Of a DNA stretch of 29,953 nucleotides, positions 8,225 through 17,691 are shown one piece after another (position 1 is the first letter of the stretch; each line of letters opens with the position of its first letter). The stretch is from positions 1 through 29,953 of the IMG/VR virus record IMGVR_UViG_3300042399_000080, one strand, 5' to 3'. The DNA is from a virus (Duplodnaviria; Caudoviricetes). Both the position numbers and the translations under genes were made by a program. The notes beneath the pieces were generated by a model, which made no database searches, was not told the origin of the DNA, and saw only the letters and a program-made list of their open reading frames with translations.

Positions 8225-9102
8225 TTTGGCAAGATTATAGAAAACTATATTTAAACGCAATAAAAACCTATTCGCCTAAGTTCAAGAAAGAACTACAAAG
8301 GCAAGTGGACACATATTGCGATACCCAAGATTTAAACGCTATAAGCGATAAAGGAATAAAAAAGACCATCCAAAACCTTCATATTGCAATGGGGGTTAAG
8401 ATGGCACAAATTTCGGAAAAGAATGTATCAAAGTCGGTTAAAGGTTATTCTGGTCCAGAGGAGTTTAAGAATAAGCAGACTGATTTGTTTACTTATGTTG
8501 TGTTGACATACCTTGAACTAAAAGGCTTAGATGAGATTGCTGGTGAAATTACGGATACTACAAAAAAACAAATTCAACAATATTTAGCAAAATCTATTGA
8601 AGAAGGTTTAACTATGCCAGAAACAATCAAACTATTAAGAACGGCTGATCTTACGAGTTATAGAGCATCAATGATAGCAAGAACGGAAACTGGAAGGGCA
8701 GCAAACATAGGTTCAATGATTGGTGTAACTGCAACTGGACTTGTAACTATAAAAGAGTGGATTGCAGCAAGGGATGCAAGAACAAGGCGAGTGCCACCAG
8801 ATGCTTTTGACCATTATCATATGGATGGAACTAAAATACCTTACGATGAAAAATTTAATGTTAAAACTAAAAATGGAGGTTTTGAGCAAATGTTACATCC
8901 TTGCGACCCAAGTGGAAGTGCTGGGGATGTTATCAATTGCCGTTGTACGTTAGGTTATGAAGCGGTAAGAGAACCAAACGGAAAGCCTAAAAGGTTAGCA
9001 GATAATCCACCAATGGGGGATATGGGTAGAATATATAGACTTTTAAATGATGCTAATTTACAGGAGATAAGAGAATTAATAAGACAAGCACTTGCAGATT
9101 AA
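8221..9102 (+). CDS. Minor head morphogenesis protein (Mu gpF / SPP1 gp7-like)
   Basis: RASMIARTET, KEW...D.RTR...H, HP.DP......VINCRC motifs. Confidence 0.88.
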   Translation: MIWQDYRKLYLNAIKTYSPKFKKELQRQVDTYCDTQDLNAISDKGIKKTIQNLHIAMGVKMAQISEKNVSKSVKGYSGPEEFKNKQTDLFTYVVLTYLELKGLDEIAGEITDTTKKQIQQYLAKSIEEGLTMPETIKLLRTADLTSYRASMIARTETGRAANIGSMIGVTATGLVTIKEWIAARDARTRRVPPDAFDHYHMDGTKIPYDEKFNVKTKNGGFEQMLHPCDPSGSAGDVINCRCTLGYEAVREPNGKPKRLADNPPMGDMGRIYRLLNDANLQEIRELIRQALAD

Positions 9103-9112
9103 AAAAAATTAA

Positions 9113-9120
9113 TAACTTTG
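9113..9120 (+). promoter_or_regulatory. -7 promoter box (TAACTTTG), 4 nt before ATG of prohead protease
   Basis: TAnnTTTG match; TTG 18 nt upstream (9092-9094). Confidence 0.7.
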
Positions 9121-9124
9121 TTAT

Positions 9125-9868
9125 ATGAGTAAGATTGAAAACAAAAGCTACAATGATATGATTTTGGATATAGAGCCAGAATCAAGAACAGTAAAAGCGT
9201 GTTGGTCAAGAATTGGAAACGTTGATTTAGACAATGATATTATCGTTGCTGAAGCGTTTACCAAGACTATCAAAGAACGTGGACCAAAAGGCAAGAATAT
9301 GATTTGGTCTTTAGTAGATCACAAAGCTGATATGGCACACACTTTGGGTAAGCCTAAAGAGTTATACATAGAAGGCGATATGCTTGTTGCGGTTACTGAC
9401 TTAATAGAAACTGAATGTGGCGAAGATGCTATCAAGTTATATGAAGCTGGTTTAATCAATCAACACTCAATCGGTTTTAGTACGTTAAAGTCGGATGTAA
9501 ACCAAAAGACTGGTGTTCGTACAATTACCGAATTAAAATTATATGAAGGTTCTGCGGTTCTTTGGGGTGCTAATCCAGAAACACCAACATTGGGTTTCAA
9601 GGGTGAGTTCAAAGAAACTAAAGAAAATTTATCAATAAGATTAGAAAACTTAATTAAGGCATTTAGAGGTGGTACATTCACAGATGACACCTTTGCTTTA
9701 ATGGAGATTCAAATAAAACAAATACAAGCTGAATTATTGGCTTTGGAGATTACTGAAACAATCACTCAACCCGAGCCATCAGTTGAGCCGACACCAGTGG
9801 TAGAAGAAAAGAATAATGAGGAAGTATTAAAGGCAATTAAGCAATTTAACAATCTATTTAAAAAGTAA
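9125..9868 (+). CDS. Prohead protease (HK97 family)
   Basis: GNVDLDNDII...AFTKTI, DH, HSIGF, LYEGSAVLWGANPET. Confidence 0.92.
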   Translation: MSKIENKSYNDMILDIEPESRTVKACWSRIGNVDLDNDIIVAEAFTKTIKERGPKGKNMIWSLVDHKADMAHTLGKPKELYIEGDMLVAVTDLIETECGEDAIKLYEAGLINQHSIGFSTLKSDVNQKTGVRTITELKLYEGSAVLWGANPETPTLGFKGEFKETKENLSIRLENLIKAFRGGTFTDDTFALMEIQIKQIQAELLALEITETITQPEPSVEPTPVVEEKNNEEVLKAIKQFNNLFKK

Positions 9869-9870
9869 AA

Positions 9871-10962
9871 ATGGAAAATTTAATCAACGAAATGGCTGAG
9901 AACCTTAAAGGTTTTCAAGCTAATGCAGAAGCTCAAATTAAAGAGGTATCTGCACAAGTAACTGTTGTAAAAGACGAGTTACAAAAACAAATTGACTCTC
10001 AATTAGCTACACAAAAGAAAGCAGCTAAGAAAGAAGTTAAGTTTATGGATGAAGTTATTATGGAGAAATTAGATGGTAACTTTGAAGCAATGGAAAAGTC
10101 TTTAAAGAATAGCGGTAAATTCCGTTTAGACTTATCTGATGTTAAGACAATGACTTTAAGTGGTAACTTAACTGGTGATTCACAAGCAACTTATGCTCCA
10201 AACCCAGCTATCCAACCATCTCAATCTTTAAACTTTAGAGATTTAATCCCTACTGTTAGAAGTGAGACTGGATTGTATGTTTACTATCGTGAGAACGCTG
10301 GTTTAACTAACAACATCGCTGCTCAAACTGAAGGTTCTGATAAAGGTGAGAACAACTACTCTTTGACTGAAGTTAAAGTTGTAAATGACTACCTTGCTGG
10401 TTTCTCTACTTTCTCTAAGCAAATGTTGAAGTCTTTACCTTTCTTGACTCAAACATTACCAAGAATGTTACAAAGAGATTTCTTCAAGGCTGAGAATGCT
10501 GCGTTTTTCTCTACTGTATCTGCTGCTGCAACAGGTTCAACTACAACTGCTGAAACTAACGATTTGTTACAATTAGTTGACTACATCGGTAACCAAAAGG
10601 CTGCAAACTTTGTACCTTCTTATGCTTTAGTATCTCAACAACAAATGGGTCGCTTATTGAAAGCAACTATTGCTGCTGGTTACTATGCTGGTGCTGGTAG
10701 TGTTATCGTAAACCCTAATGGCGGTATCACAATCTGGGGTGTTCCAGTTGTATCTGCTTCTTGGGTAACTGATGACAAAGTATTGATCTTTGACAATAGC
10801 TACTTAGAGAGAGTTGAAGTTGAAGGATTAGCTATTGAGTTCTCTTATGAGAATGGAGATAACTTCCAAAAGAACTTGGTAACTGCTCGTATTGAGTGTT
10901 ACGAAGACATCAACTTAATGTTGACTACATCTGCAATCTTTGCTGATATGGGTAACGTATAG
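9871..10962 (+). CDS. Major capsid protein (HK97 fold)
   Basis: N-terminal coiled-coil delta domain; RDLIP, EG..K, IWGVPVV, FQKNLVTARIE; followed by a strong terminator. Confidence 0.92.
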   Translation: MENLINEMAENLKGFQANAEAQIKEVSAQVTVVKDELQKQIDSQLATQKKAAKKEVKFMDEVIMEKLDGNFEAMEKSLKNSGKFRLDLSDVKTMTLSGNLTGDSQATYAPNPAIQPSQSLNFRDLIPTVRSETGLYVYYRENAGLTNNIAAQTEGSDKGENNYSLTEVKVVNDYLAGFSTFSKQMLKSLPFLTQTLPRMLQRDFFKAENAAFFSTVSAAATGSTTTAETNDLLQLVDYIGNQKAANFVPSYALVSQQQMGRLLKATIAAGYYAGAGSVIVNPNGGITIWGVPVVSASWVTDDKVLIFDNSYLERVEVEGLAIEFSYENGDNFQKNLVTARIECYEDINLMLTTSAIFADMGNV

Positions 10963-10984
10963 TTCTAAAGGATTAGTAAATAAT

Positions 10985-11013
10985 GACCCCTACCAATTCG
11001 GTGGGGGTTTTTT
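10985..11013 (+). terminator. Intrinsic terminator after capsid gene
   Basis: GACCCCTACC-AATTC-GGTGGGGGTT stem-loop plus T tract. Confidence 0.9.
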
Positions 11014-11029
11014 ATTGGAATAAATTAAG

Positions 11030-11037
11030 TAATTTTG
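11030..11037 (+). promoter_or_regulatory. -7 promoter box (TAATTTTG) for neck/tail operon
   Basis: TAnnTTTG match between terminator and next ATG. Confidence 0.6.
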
Positions 11038-11049
11038 TAAAAAAAGGGT

Positions 11050-11592
11050 ATGTCTTATAATAATTATATTAATGATTTTAGTGCCGTTCCTATCGCACCA
11101 ATAACAGAACCAGTTACTTTAGCAGAAGCAAAATTGTATTGCCGTGTTACTACAAATGCTGAAGATACTTTGATTACGTTAATGATTACACAAGCAAGGG
11201 AAGCTATTGAAGTGGCAACAGGATTGAGTTTAATCCCAAAAGACATAACTACTTATTTTAACAATATAAGTGGCAATTTTGAGATTCCTTTCGGACCAAT
11301 TGACATTGATACGTTTGAGTTGTTTGATATGGAGCAAAACGGAATAGAGGTTACAACTCCTAATTTACAATTAATAGGCAATGAGTTCCCTAAATTAGTT
11401 TCACCAAGATATGCCAACTTAAAGGCTACTTATGAGGCTGGTTACACAACTATCCCTAAAGACCTTAAATTAGCCATATTAGACCAAATCTCTTATGACT
11501 ATGAAAATAGAGGATTAGATGGTGATTCTGGTATTTGTGAGAAGTCTTGGAAAGCGTGTCAAAGATGGACAAGAATAAGCCCAATATTATAA
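11050..11592 (+). CDS. Head-tail connector (gp6-like)
   Basis: EPVTLAEAKLYCRV...EDTLIT; YEAGY...IPKDLKLAIL...YENRG. Confidence 0.88.
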   Translation: MSYNNYINDFSAVPIAPITEPVTLAEAKLYCRVTTNAEDTLITLMITQAREAIEVATGLSLIPKDITTYFNNISGNFEIPFGPIDIDTFELFDMEQNGIEVTTPNLQLIGNEFPKLVSPRYANLKATYEAGYTTIPKDLKLAILDQISYDYENRGLDGDSGICEKSWKACQRWTRISPIL

Positions 11593-11593
11593 T

Positions 11594-11935
11594 ATGAAGT
11601 TAGGTAAAGCCAAAGCAAATTACGTTGATGCCAACACAATGACTCGCCAAGTTGGAATCTATGCTCCAACAAGGACAAGTGATGGTCAAGGTGGGTACAC
11701 AACCACATTTGCCTTACAAAGCACTGTTTGGGGTGATTTAAGACCAGATAATCAAGTTCGTGAGATAGGAGAGTCGGAATTACAATTTGACCAAAAAAAC
11801 CGCCTTTATATTCGTTTTGGAGTTACTATATTAGATTCGTACGAGGTAGATGTTGAAGGCGACAGATACACAATACATTCCATTAAGAACGTAGAGAACC
11901 AAAATAGGTTCTTGGAGTTAATAATTTACAAGTAA
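11594..11935 (+). CDS. Head closure / head-tail adaptor
   Basis: TSDGQGG...TVWG...YTIHSIKNV pattern and synteny. Confidence 0.82.
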   Translation: MKLGKAKANYVDANTMTRQVGIYAPTRTSDGQGGYTTTFALQSTVWGDLRPDNQVREIGESELQFDQKNRLYIRFGVTILDSYEVDVEGDRYTIHSIKNVENQNRFLELIIYK

Positions 11936-12372
11936 TGGATAGAGTTACTTTAGATATGGTAAATTTAGCTGATGTATTTAAAGACTTAGATAAATTGGAT
12001 GTTAAGATACAAGCTGAAGTAAGGGATGAAATGAACGCATCTGCTTTGACTATTCAATCTAATGCTAAAAGAGCAGCACCTGTTGACTTAGGTTTTTTAA
12101 GGAATAGTATTTATTTAAAGGAAGATAGCAAAAAAAAAGAGATTGTTTTTACAGTTGGCGCAAAGGCAAAATATGCTCCATACATTGAATTTGGTACAGG
12201 AACTGAAGTAACTATTCCAGCTGGGTATGAAGAATTAGCTATTGTATTTAAGGGTAAAAAGGCTGCTAAAGTAAATATTAGACCACAACCTTTCTTAATA
12301 CCTGCTTTTGAAAATGAGAAACCTAAATTAATTGAAAGAATAACTAAATTGCTAAAGAATGTTAAATCCTAA
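11935..12372 (+). CDS. HK97 gp10-like neck protein
   Basis: APVDLGFLRNSI, YAPYIEFGT, QPFLIPAF. Confidence 0.88.
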   Translation: MDRVTLDMVNLADVFKDLDKLDVKIQAEVRDEMNASALTIQSNAKRAAPVDLGFLRNSIYLKEDSKKKEIVFTVGAKAKYAPYIEFGTGTEVTIPAGYEELAIVFKGKKAAKVNIRPQPFLIPAFENEKPKLIERITKLLKNVKS

Positions 12373-12766
12373 TATAGAGATAAAAAAGTGGTTTTATACC
12401 AATTTGACAAGTGCAACTTCATTGGTTGTTTATGATGGTTTTGCTCCAGAGGGTGCAGGTAACGAGTATATTGTTTTAACTGGCAGAACATCAAGCCAAG
12501 AACAAGGCAAAGAAGGTTATACAAATACAATTACTATCATAGTTGATATTATTACAAAAAATGCTAACTTTGGATATAAACGTGCTGAAACTATAAGCGA
12601 TTTAGTCTTGACTGCAATCAATTCGGACACCAATATTACATTGGCAAACGGATTCACGGCATCAAGTTTGAGTGTTGAAAGTGTAAGAAACTTAGATGGC
12701 TTAAACCCTTTAGATAACGTTTTTAGAGTATTAATAACTTATAACATAATCATAACTCAAAATTAA
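12359..12766 (+). CDS. Tail terminator/completion protein
   Basis: VYD..P.....YIVL pattern; located between gp10-like and tail tube genes. Confidence 0.7.
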   Translation: MLNPNIEIKKWFYTNLTSATSLVVYDGFAPEGAGNEYIVLTGRTSSQEQGKEGYTNTITIIVDIITKNANFGYKRAETISDLVLTAINSDTNITLANGFTASSLSVESVRNLDGLNPLDNVFRVLITYNIIITQN

Positions 12767-12777
12767 AATTAAATAAA

Positions 12778-13227
12778 ATGGCAGAAACAAAAGTAAGCGG
12801 TAGAGATTATATCCTCTTAGCTGACATTAACAATGATGGAACATTCAAGCCAGTTGCTTGTTTGACTTCTAACTCTTTGACATCAACTTTAGGAACAATT
12901 GATGCAACTTCTAAGTGTGGCGACCAATACACTCCAAATCAATCTTTTAACCAATCTTTTGAATGTGAAGGTTTTGCGATTGATGAAACAGGTACTCCTT
13001 CTAAAGATAGCTACCAACAATTGTATGCTGCTCACGCTGCTCAAACTTTATTCGCAATTAAGATGGGTAAAGCTACTCCAGCAGCAGGTGATATCACTTA
13101 TGGTGGTGTTGGTCAATTAGTATTTATTAGCAATTTTAATGTTAATGCTGCTGATAAGGATGATGTTAAATTTACTGCAACTTTCGTAGTAAGTGTACCT
13201 CCTATTACACAAACTGAAACTGTATAA
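12778..13227 (+). CDS. Major tail tube protein
   Basis: VACLTSNSLT....TIDATSKC motif; size and synteny. Confidence 0.82.
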   Translation: MAETKVSGRDYILLADINNDGTFKPVACLTSNSLTSTLGTIDATSKCGDQYTPNQSFNQSFECEGFAIDETGTPSKDSYQQLYAAHAAQTLFAIKMGKATPAAGDITYGGVGQLVFISNFNVNAADKDDVKFTATFVVSVPPITQTETV

Positions 13228-13242
13228 TAAATAAAAAAAACT

Positions 13243-13617
13243 ATGTTCCAATTAAAAACTAACAACAACACAATCCACCTAAAGTGGGGTACTTGGGCAA
13301 TGCGTGAGTTTACTAAACAAAACAATATCGGTATTGATGAGTACTTCAAAGTTCTTGCAACGGCTCAAACAAGTTTAGACATTATAGTCCAGCTTGTTTA
13401 CATTGGTTACAAATCTGCTTGTGTAAGCAAGAAAGATGAAGTAATATATACCATTGATGATGCTTGCGAATGGATTGATGAAGTGGGTTCTATTTTTAGC
13501 GAAGAAGGTCAAATTATTGATTATATAAAATATATCGTTGAAAGTACAGTCCACACCATTACAGGTGTAAAAAAGGAAGAAGAAAAAAAAAAGCCTAACA
13601 AAGCTAAGCTGGGATGA
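13243..13617 (+). CDS. Tail assembly chaperone (gpG-like)
   Basis: Between tube and tape measure; A10 run near its 3' end (13583-13592). Confidence 0.75.
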   Translation: MFQLKTNNNTIHLKWGTWAMREFTKQNNIGIDEYFKVLATAQTSLDIIVQLVYIGYKSACVSKKDEVIYTIDDACEWIDEVGSIFSEEGQIIDYIKYIVESTVHTITGVKKEEEKKKPNKAKLG

Positions 13618-13912
13618 TGTCTTAGTAAAAGCTGCGGAGTGCGGAATAAGACCAAATGAATTTTGGGATATGACTTGGAAGGACTTTTCCATTATCGTTT
13701 TAGGTAAGGAAAGAAACGAGTTAAACGAATGGGCAAGGACAAGAAACCTTGCCTATATTGTATATTTAAGTTCTACTACCGAGAAAACACCAAAATCAAT
13801 GAAGGCTTTTTGGAGCATACCAGAGTTAGATCAAGCTGATTTTGAAGAAGATAGAGTGATGATAACACAAGAACAATTGGCAAGGACACTTAAATTGTAC
13901 GGAGCAAACTAA
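13571..13912 (+). CDS. Tail assembly chaperone extension (gpT-like), probably expressed by frameshift
   Basis: Frame open from 13571, upstream of ATG 13670, reading LSWDDVLVKAAECGIRPNEFWDMTWKDF (P.EFW.MT is typical of gpT-like segments). Confidence 0.7.
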   Translation, partial: KRKKKKKSLTKLSWDDVLVKAAECGIRPNEFWDMTWKDFSIIVLGKERNELNEWARTRNLAYIVYLSSTTEKTPKSMKAFWSIPELDQADFEEDRVMITQEQLARTLKLYGAN

Positions 13913-13917
13913 TAAAG

Positions 13918-15705
13918 ATGGCAGAAAATATAGATTTAAATATTAAAATAGGTGCAAACGTAACTGACTTACAATCGCAACTACAAAAAGCTGAAAATCT
14001 ATTAAAACAATTTGAGGCTGCTTTAAAGAAAGCTACTAATGTTGGTGAGATTAATTATTTGAATAATTCAATTAAGAATCTTAATACAACTATTAGCACT
14101 TTAGGTCAACAAATGAATAAGGTTGGCAGACCTGCTGCTGATGCTACAAATGCTTTAGGTAACCTATCAAGAGTTGCACAAGATGCTCCTTATGGATTTA
14201 TAGGTATTGCGAATAACTTGAATCCTTTATTAGAATCATTCCAAAGATTATCAAAAGAAAGTGGTGGTGCTGGTGGTGCTTTAAAATCAATGGTTGCTGG
14301 TCTTACTGGTCCAGCTGGTATTGGTATTGCATTAGGTGTTGTTTCATCACTTGTTGTTGCATTTGGAGATGACATAAGTAATTTTATTGCTAAAACTCTT
14401 AATGGAAATAATGCACTTAAAGAACACGCTAACGCAATAAAAGCAGGTGAAAAAGCATATATGGAGGCTTATACAGAAATGTATAAACTTGGTAATGCTT
14501 TTGATGATTTTAATAATGGGTTGATAAGTAAAAAAGAGTTACTAAAACAATATAATAATACTTTAGGAGATACATACGGAAAAACAAATGATGTAACTGA
14601 AGCTGAAAAGATATGGGAATCTAATAGTGAAAATTTTATAAAATCAGCAGTATTAAGAGCAGCAGCATTAAATCAAATTGATAAGGCAGCTAAAAAGGCA
14701 GCAGAAGCATTTGAAGCACAAGCAAAACCAAAAGAAGCATTTACATCTCCATTTGCATTTGTTGGAGCAGGAACTGGAGGTGCAGCTCCAATAAATTTAC
14801 AAGCACAAACTGATAAAAATAGATTAGCAAATCAAAAGAAAGTTGTAGATGGATTAAAAGATGAAGAAAAATTTCATTTGCAAGTAGCTAAAAGCATTGA
14901 AGAAGAATTAAAGTTATTAGAGAAAAAATCAATATATACTAAATTTATTGGTAAAGAAATTGAAAAAGAAGCAAAAGCACAAAAAGATAATACTTTATCA
15001 TTAAAGGAGTCGCAAGATTTAATTCGTCAAATAAATAAAACAAATACTTTATTAACACCATTAGAAAAAGCACCAGAAGATACTTATTTTGCAGATCAAA
15101 AAAAGCAACACGATGATTATCTTAAATGGCTAACAGGTTGGACTAAGTATAAAGAAAAGTTAGCTTTAGATAACATTGATATTGAAAATAACAAATTAGA
15201 AGAATTAAAAAAATCCTATGAACAATTTGCAAGTACAATAGCAAATACTGTAACTGGTGCATTATTTGGTATGTATGATGCTATGCAGCAAGGTGTAAGT
15301 GCTGGAGATGCATTAGGACAAATGTTTAGTAGATTATTAAGACAAATGGCAGAAATGGTTGTTCAAGCTGCTTTATTTGCTGGTATTTTATCTTTAATAA
15401 GTGGTGGTGCTTCAAATGCTGCAAATGGTGGTGTTTCATTTTTTGGTGCATTTAAAAGTATTTTAGGATTAGCAAATGGCGGAGTTGCAACTGGTCCAAC
15501 ATTAGCAATGATTGGTGAGGGAAGCGAAAGCGAAGCGGTTTTACCTTTAAGTAAACTTGGCAACATAATGCAATCTTCATTTAACGCTGGTTCAATGAAT
15601 AGCACAAGTGTAGGACAAAATGGTCAATTTGTATTAAGAGGAAATGATTTGATATTAGCAATTAATCGTTCTAACTCGGCTTTAAACTTAAGGAGAGGTG
15701 TTTAA
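13918..15705 (+). CDS. Tape measure protein
   Basis: 595 aa, Ala/Gly-rich helical; RVAQDAPYG; C-terminal LANGGVATGPTLAMIGE...EAVLPL. Confidence 0.9.
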   Translation: MAENIDLNIKIGANVTDLQSQLQKAENLLKQFEAALKKATNVGEINYLNNSIKNLNTTISTLGQQMNKVGRPAADATNALGNLSRVAQDAPYGFIGIANNLNPLLESFQRLSKESGGAGGALKSMVAGLTGPAGIGIALGVVSSLVVAFGDDISNFIAKTLNGNNALKEHANAIKAGEKAYMEAYTEMYKLGNAFDDFNNGLISKKELLKQYNNTLGDTYGKTNDVTEAEKIWESNSENFIKSAVLRAAALNQIDKAAKKAAEAFEAQAKPKEAFTSPFAFVGAGTGGAAPINLQAQTDKNRLANQKKVVDGLKDEEKFHLQVAKSIEEELKLLEKKSIYTKFIGKEIEKEAKAQKDNTLSLKESQDLIRQINKTNTLLTPLEKAPEDTYFADQKKQHDDYLKWLTGWTKYKEKLALDNIDIENNKLEELKKSYEQFASTIANTVTGALFGMYDAMQQGVSAGDALGQMFSRLLRQMAEMVVQAALFAGILSLISGGASNAANGGVSFFGAFKSILGLANGGVATGPTLAMIGEGSESEAVLPLSKLGNIMQSSFNAGSMNSTSVGQNGQFVLRGNDLILAINRSNSALNLRRGV

Positions 15706-15707
15706 TT

Positions 15708-17675
15708 ATGGCATATAATTTAAAATACAGAGTAACAAGCGCAACGCAAAATAATACTATTTCAGTAGTTGAAATGTATATTGATGAAGCAGTTGCAAGT
15801 GTAATTGATTATGATGGGGTTAGTATTCAGTTACAATATATTCCAAGGTCGGATGATATTTACGAGCCAATTTATGCAAGTCAATTATCTATTGCTATTG
15901 ATGTAACGGATGACCAAAACAATTTACCAAACTTTGTTACTTTAAACGATAGAAAGTATTTAGTAAAGTTAAAGATTGACGGACTTGTAAAATGGACAGG
16001 ATGGGCTTTAAGTGATAATGTTCAATACTCGTTTACAACAGGTAGAAAGGAATTAAGTTTTGATGCAATTGATGGTTTAGGTATATTAGATTATTTCCCT
16101 TATCCTTTCGTAGAAACTGGTATTGTAGCAAAATTTACTCCAGTTAAAATATTAGATTTTTTCACTACTTGTTTAAATCAAATAGGTTATCCAAGTGGGT
16201 TAAATATATATACAGTTTGTTCTTATTATTCTCAATATATGAATAATAGGAACGTAAATACTTATGACGAACCTTTTAATCAAGGATATTTAAGACCTAA
16301 CTATTTTCTAAATAGTGATGGCAGTTATGAAAGTTGTTTACAAGTATTATCTAAAATATGTAAGTCTTTTGGTTGTAGAATATATCAAGCAAACAACAAA
16401 TGGAATATAGTAGCAATAAATGAAATTGCTTCTAATGATTATTTTTATACAGAATATTTAGCAAATGGTACTTATTCAAGTACAGGTATTGCTTCGGTAA
16501 TTAATATAGTTGAATCATACAATGGTAATACAAGTGGATTATACTTTGTAGATAATTCACAAGTAAAGATATTTAAGAAAGGGTACAACAATTTTGTGCA
16601 AAACTACAATTTAGAATATTCGCCTAATTATATTGGTAACAATAATCTAAAAACACAAGTCGCTGGAGTACCTGTTTTATGGACTACTTATACACAAGGA
16701 ACAGGTGGTAGTGTTACATTAATAACTAAAACATACGAATCAAGTGATAGATATCAATTGATTACAGGTGTAAATGCTGGTCCAGTAAAAGGTTACACAT
16801 ACATATCTGCAACTGTTTCTTCTGGTTTACAAGGGGATACTTTAACTTATTCCAATGCATTTTATGACCAAGAATTAGCTAAAAAAAGAGGTCGTTTAAT
16901 TATACAAGTAACAGGAACAGGTGGTGGTGCGCCATCTTATTATTTTAACGTAGATAAATTGTGGCAAGATGCAACTACTGCACCTTTTGACAATTATTAT
17001 TTAATAGATGAGGTTGATGAGAATGTAATCAATAACTTTTCTATAACTACAACACCTTTGCCGATAAGTGGAACGATTACTTTGAGATTAGAAATATTTG
17101 ATAATGCAAGTTGTTCTACTTCAATAACTGTTGGTGATTTTGTTTTATCTTTTCAATCTCCTATATCATTAATTAAAACTACTTCAATATTAGATTCAAA
17201 TAATCAATATACTTTAGAATTAGATTTGCCATTTGGCTATCCTATTTATAGTGGTGATGGAATTAATAGACAATTATTTAATCCAGCTTTGGGCAATATT
17301 TTAGTATTAAATAATACTGTTTTTGTGTCTGCAACAGGTTGGTATAAATTTGGGGTAAGTGGAACTTTTCAAGGATTATCACAATTGATAATGAAAGAAT
17401 ATATAAATGCTTATAGAAGGAATCTTATAAATATTGATTCTACCATATTTGGTTTAGAAAATGCTGAAGGTACATTTAACGCTGGTTCGGTAATTCAATT
17501 TACGGATACTGACCCAAGTCAAATAAACGTATCTCAAAAGTATTATATGACAGGGAATATGTCTATAAACATAGTTTCTGGTGAAATACAATCAACAGTT
17601 TTGGATATTTCTAATGTTGAAATAGAGAGCAATATTTTAACTATTTATACATTAGATGGGATAAATTATAATTAA
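15708..17675 (+). CDS. Tail tip / baseplate hub protein
   Basis: 655-aa beta-rich protein right after TMP; assignment mainly by synteny. Confidence 0.65.
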   Translation: MAYNLKYRVTSATQNNTISVVEMYIDEAVASVIDYDGVSIQLQYIPRSDDIYEPIYASQLSIAIDVTDDQNNLPNFVTLNDRKYLVKLKIDGLVKWTGWALSDNVQYSFTTGRKELSFDAIDGLGILDYFPYPFVETGIVAKFTPVKILDFFTTCLNQIGYPSGLNIYTVCSYYSQYMNNRNVNTYDEPFNQGYLRPNYFLNSDGSYESCLQVLSKICKSFGCRIYQANNKWNIVAINEIASNDYFYTEYLANGTYSSTGIASVINIVESYNGNTSGLYFVDNSQVKIFKKGYNNFVQNYNLEYSPNYIGNNNLKTQVAGVPVLWTTYTQGTGGSVTLITKTYESSDRYQLITGVNAGPVKGYTYISATVSSGLQGDTLTYSNAFYDQELAKKRGRLIIQVTGTGGGAPSYYFNVDKLWQDATTAPFDNYYLIDEVDENVINNFSITTTPLPISGTITLRLEIFDNASCSTSITVGDFVLSFQSPISLIKTTSILDSNNQYTLELDLPFGYPIYSGDGINRQLFNPALGNILVLNNTVFVSATGWYKFGVSGTFQGLSQLIMKEYINAYRRNLINIDSTIFGLENAEGTFNAGSVIQFTDTDPSQINVSQKYYMTGNMSINIVSGEIQSTVLDISNVEIESNILTIYTLDGINYN

Positions 17676-17679
17676 AGGT

Positions 17680-17687
17680 TAAATTTG
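17680..17687 (+). promoter_or_regulatory. -7 promoter box (TAAATTTG), 4 nt before ATG
   Basis: TAnnTTTG match in a 16-bp intergenic gap. Confidence 0.6.
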
Positions 17688-17691
17688 TAAT

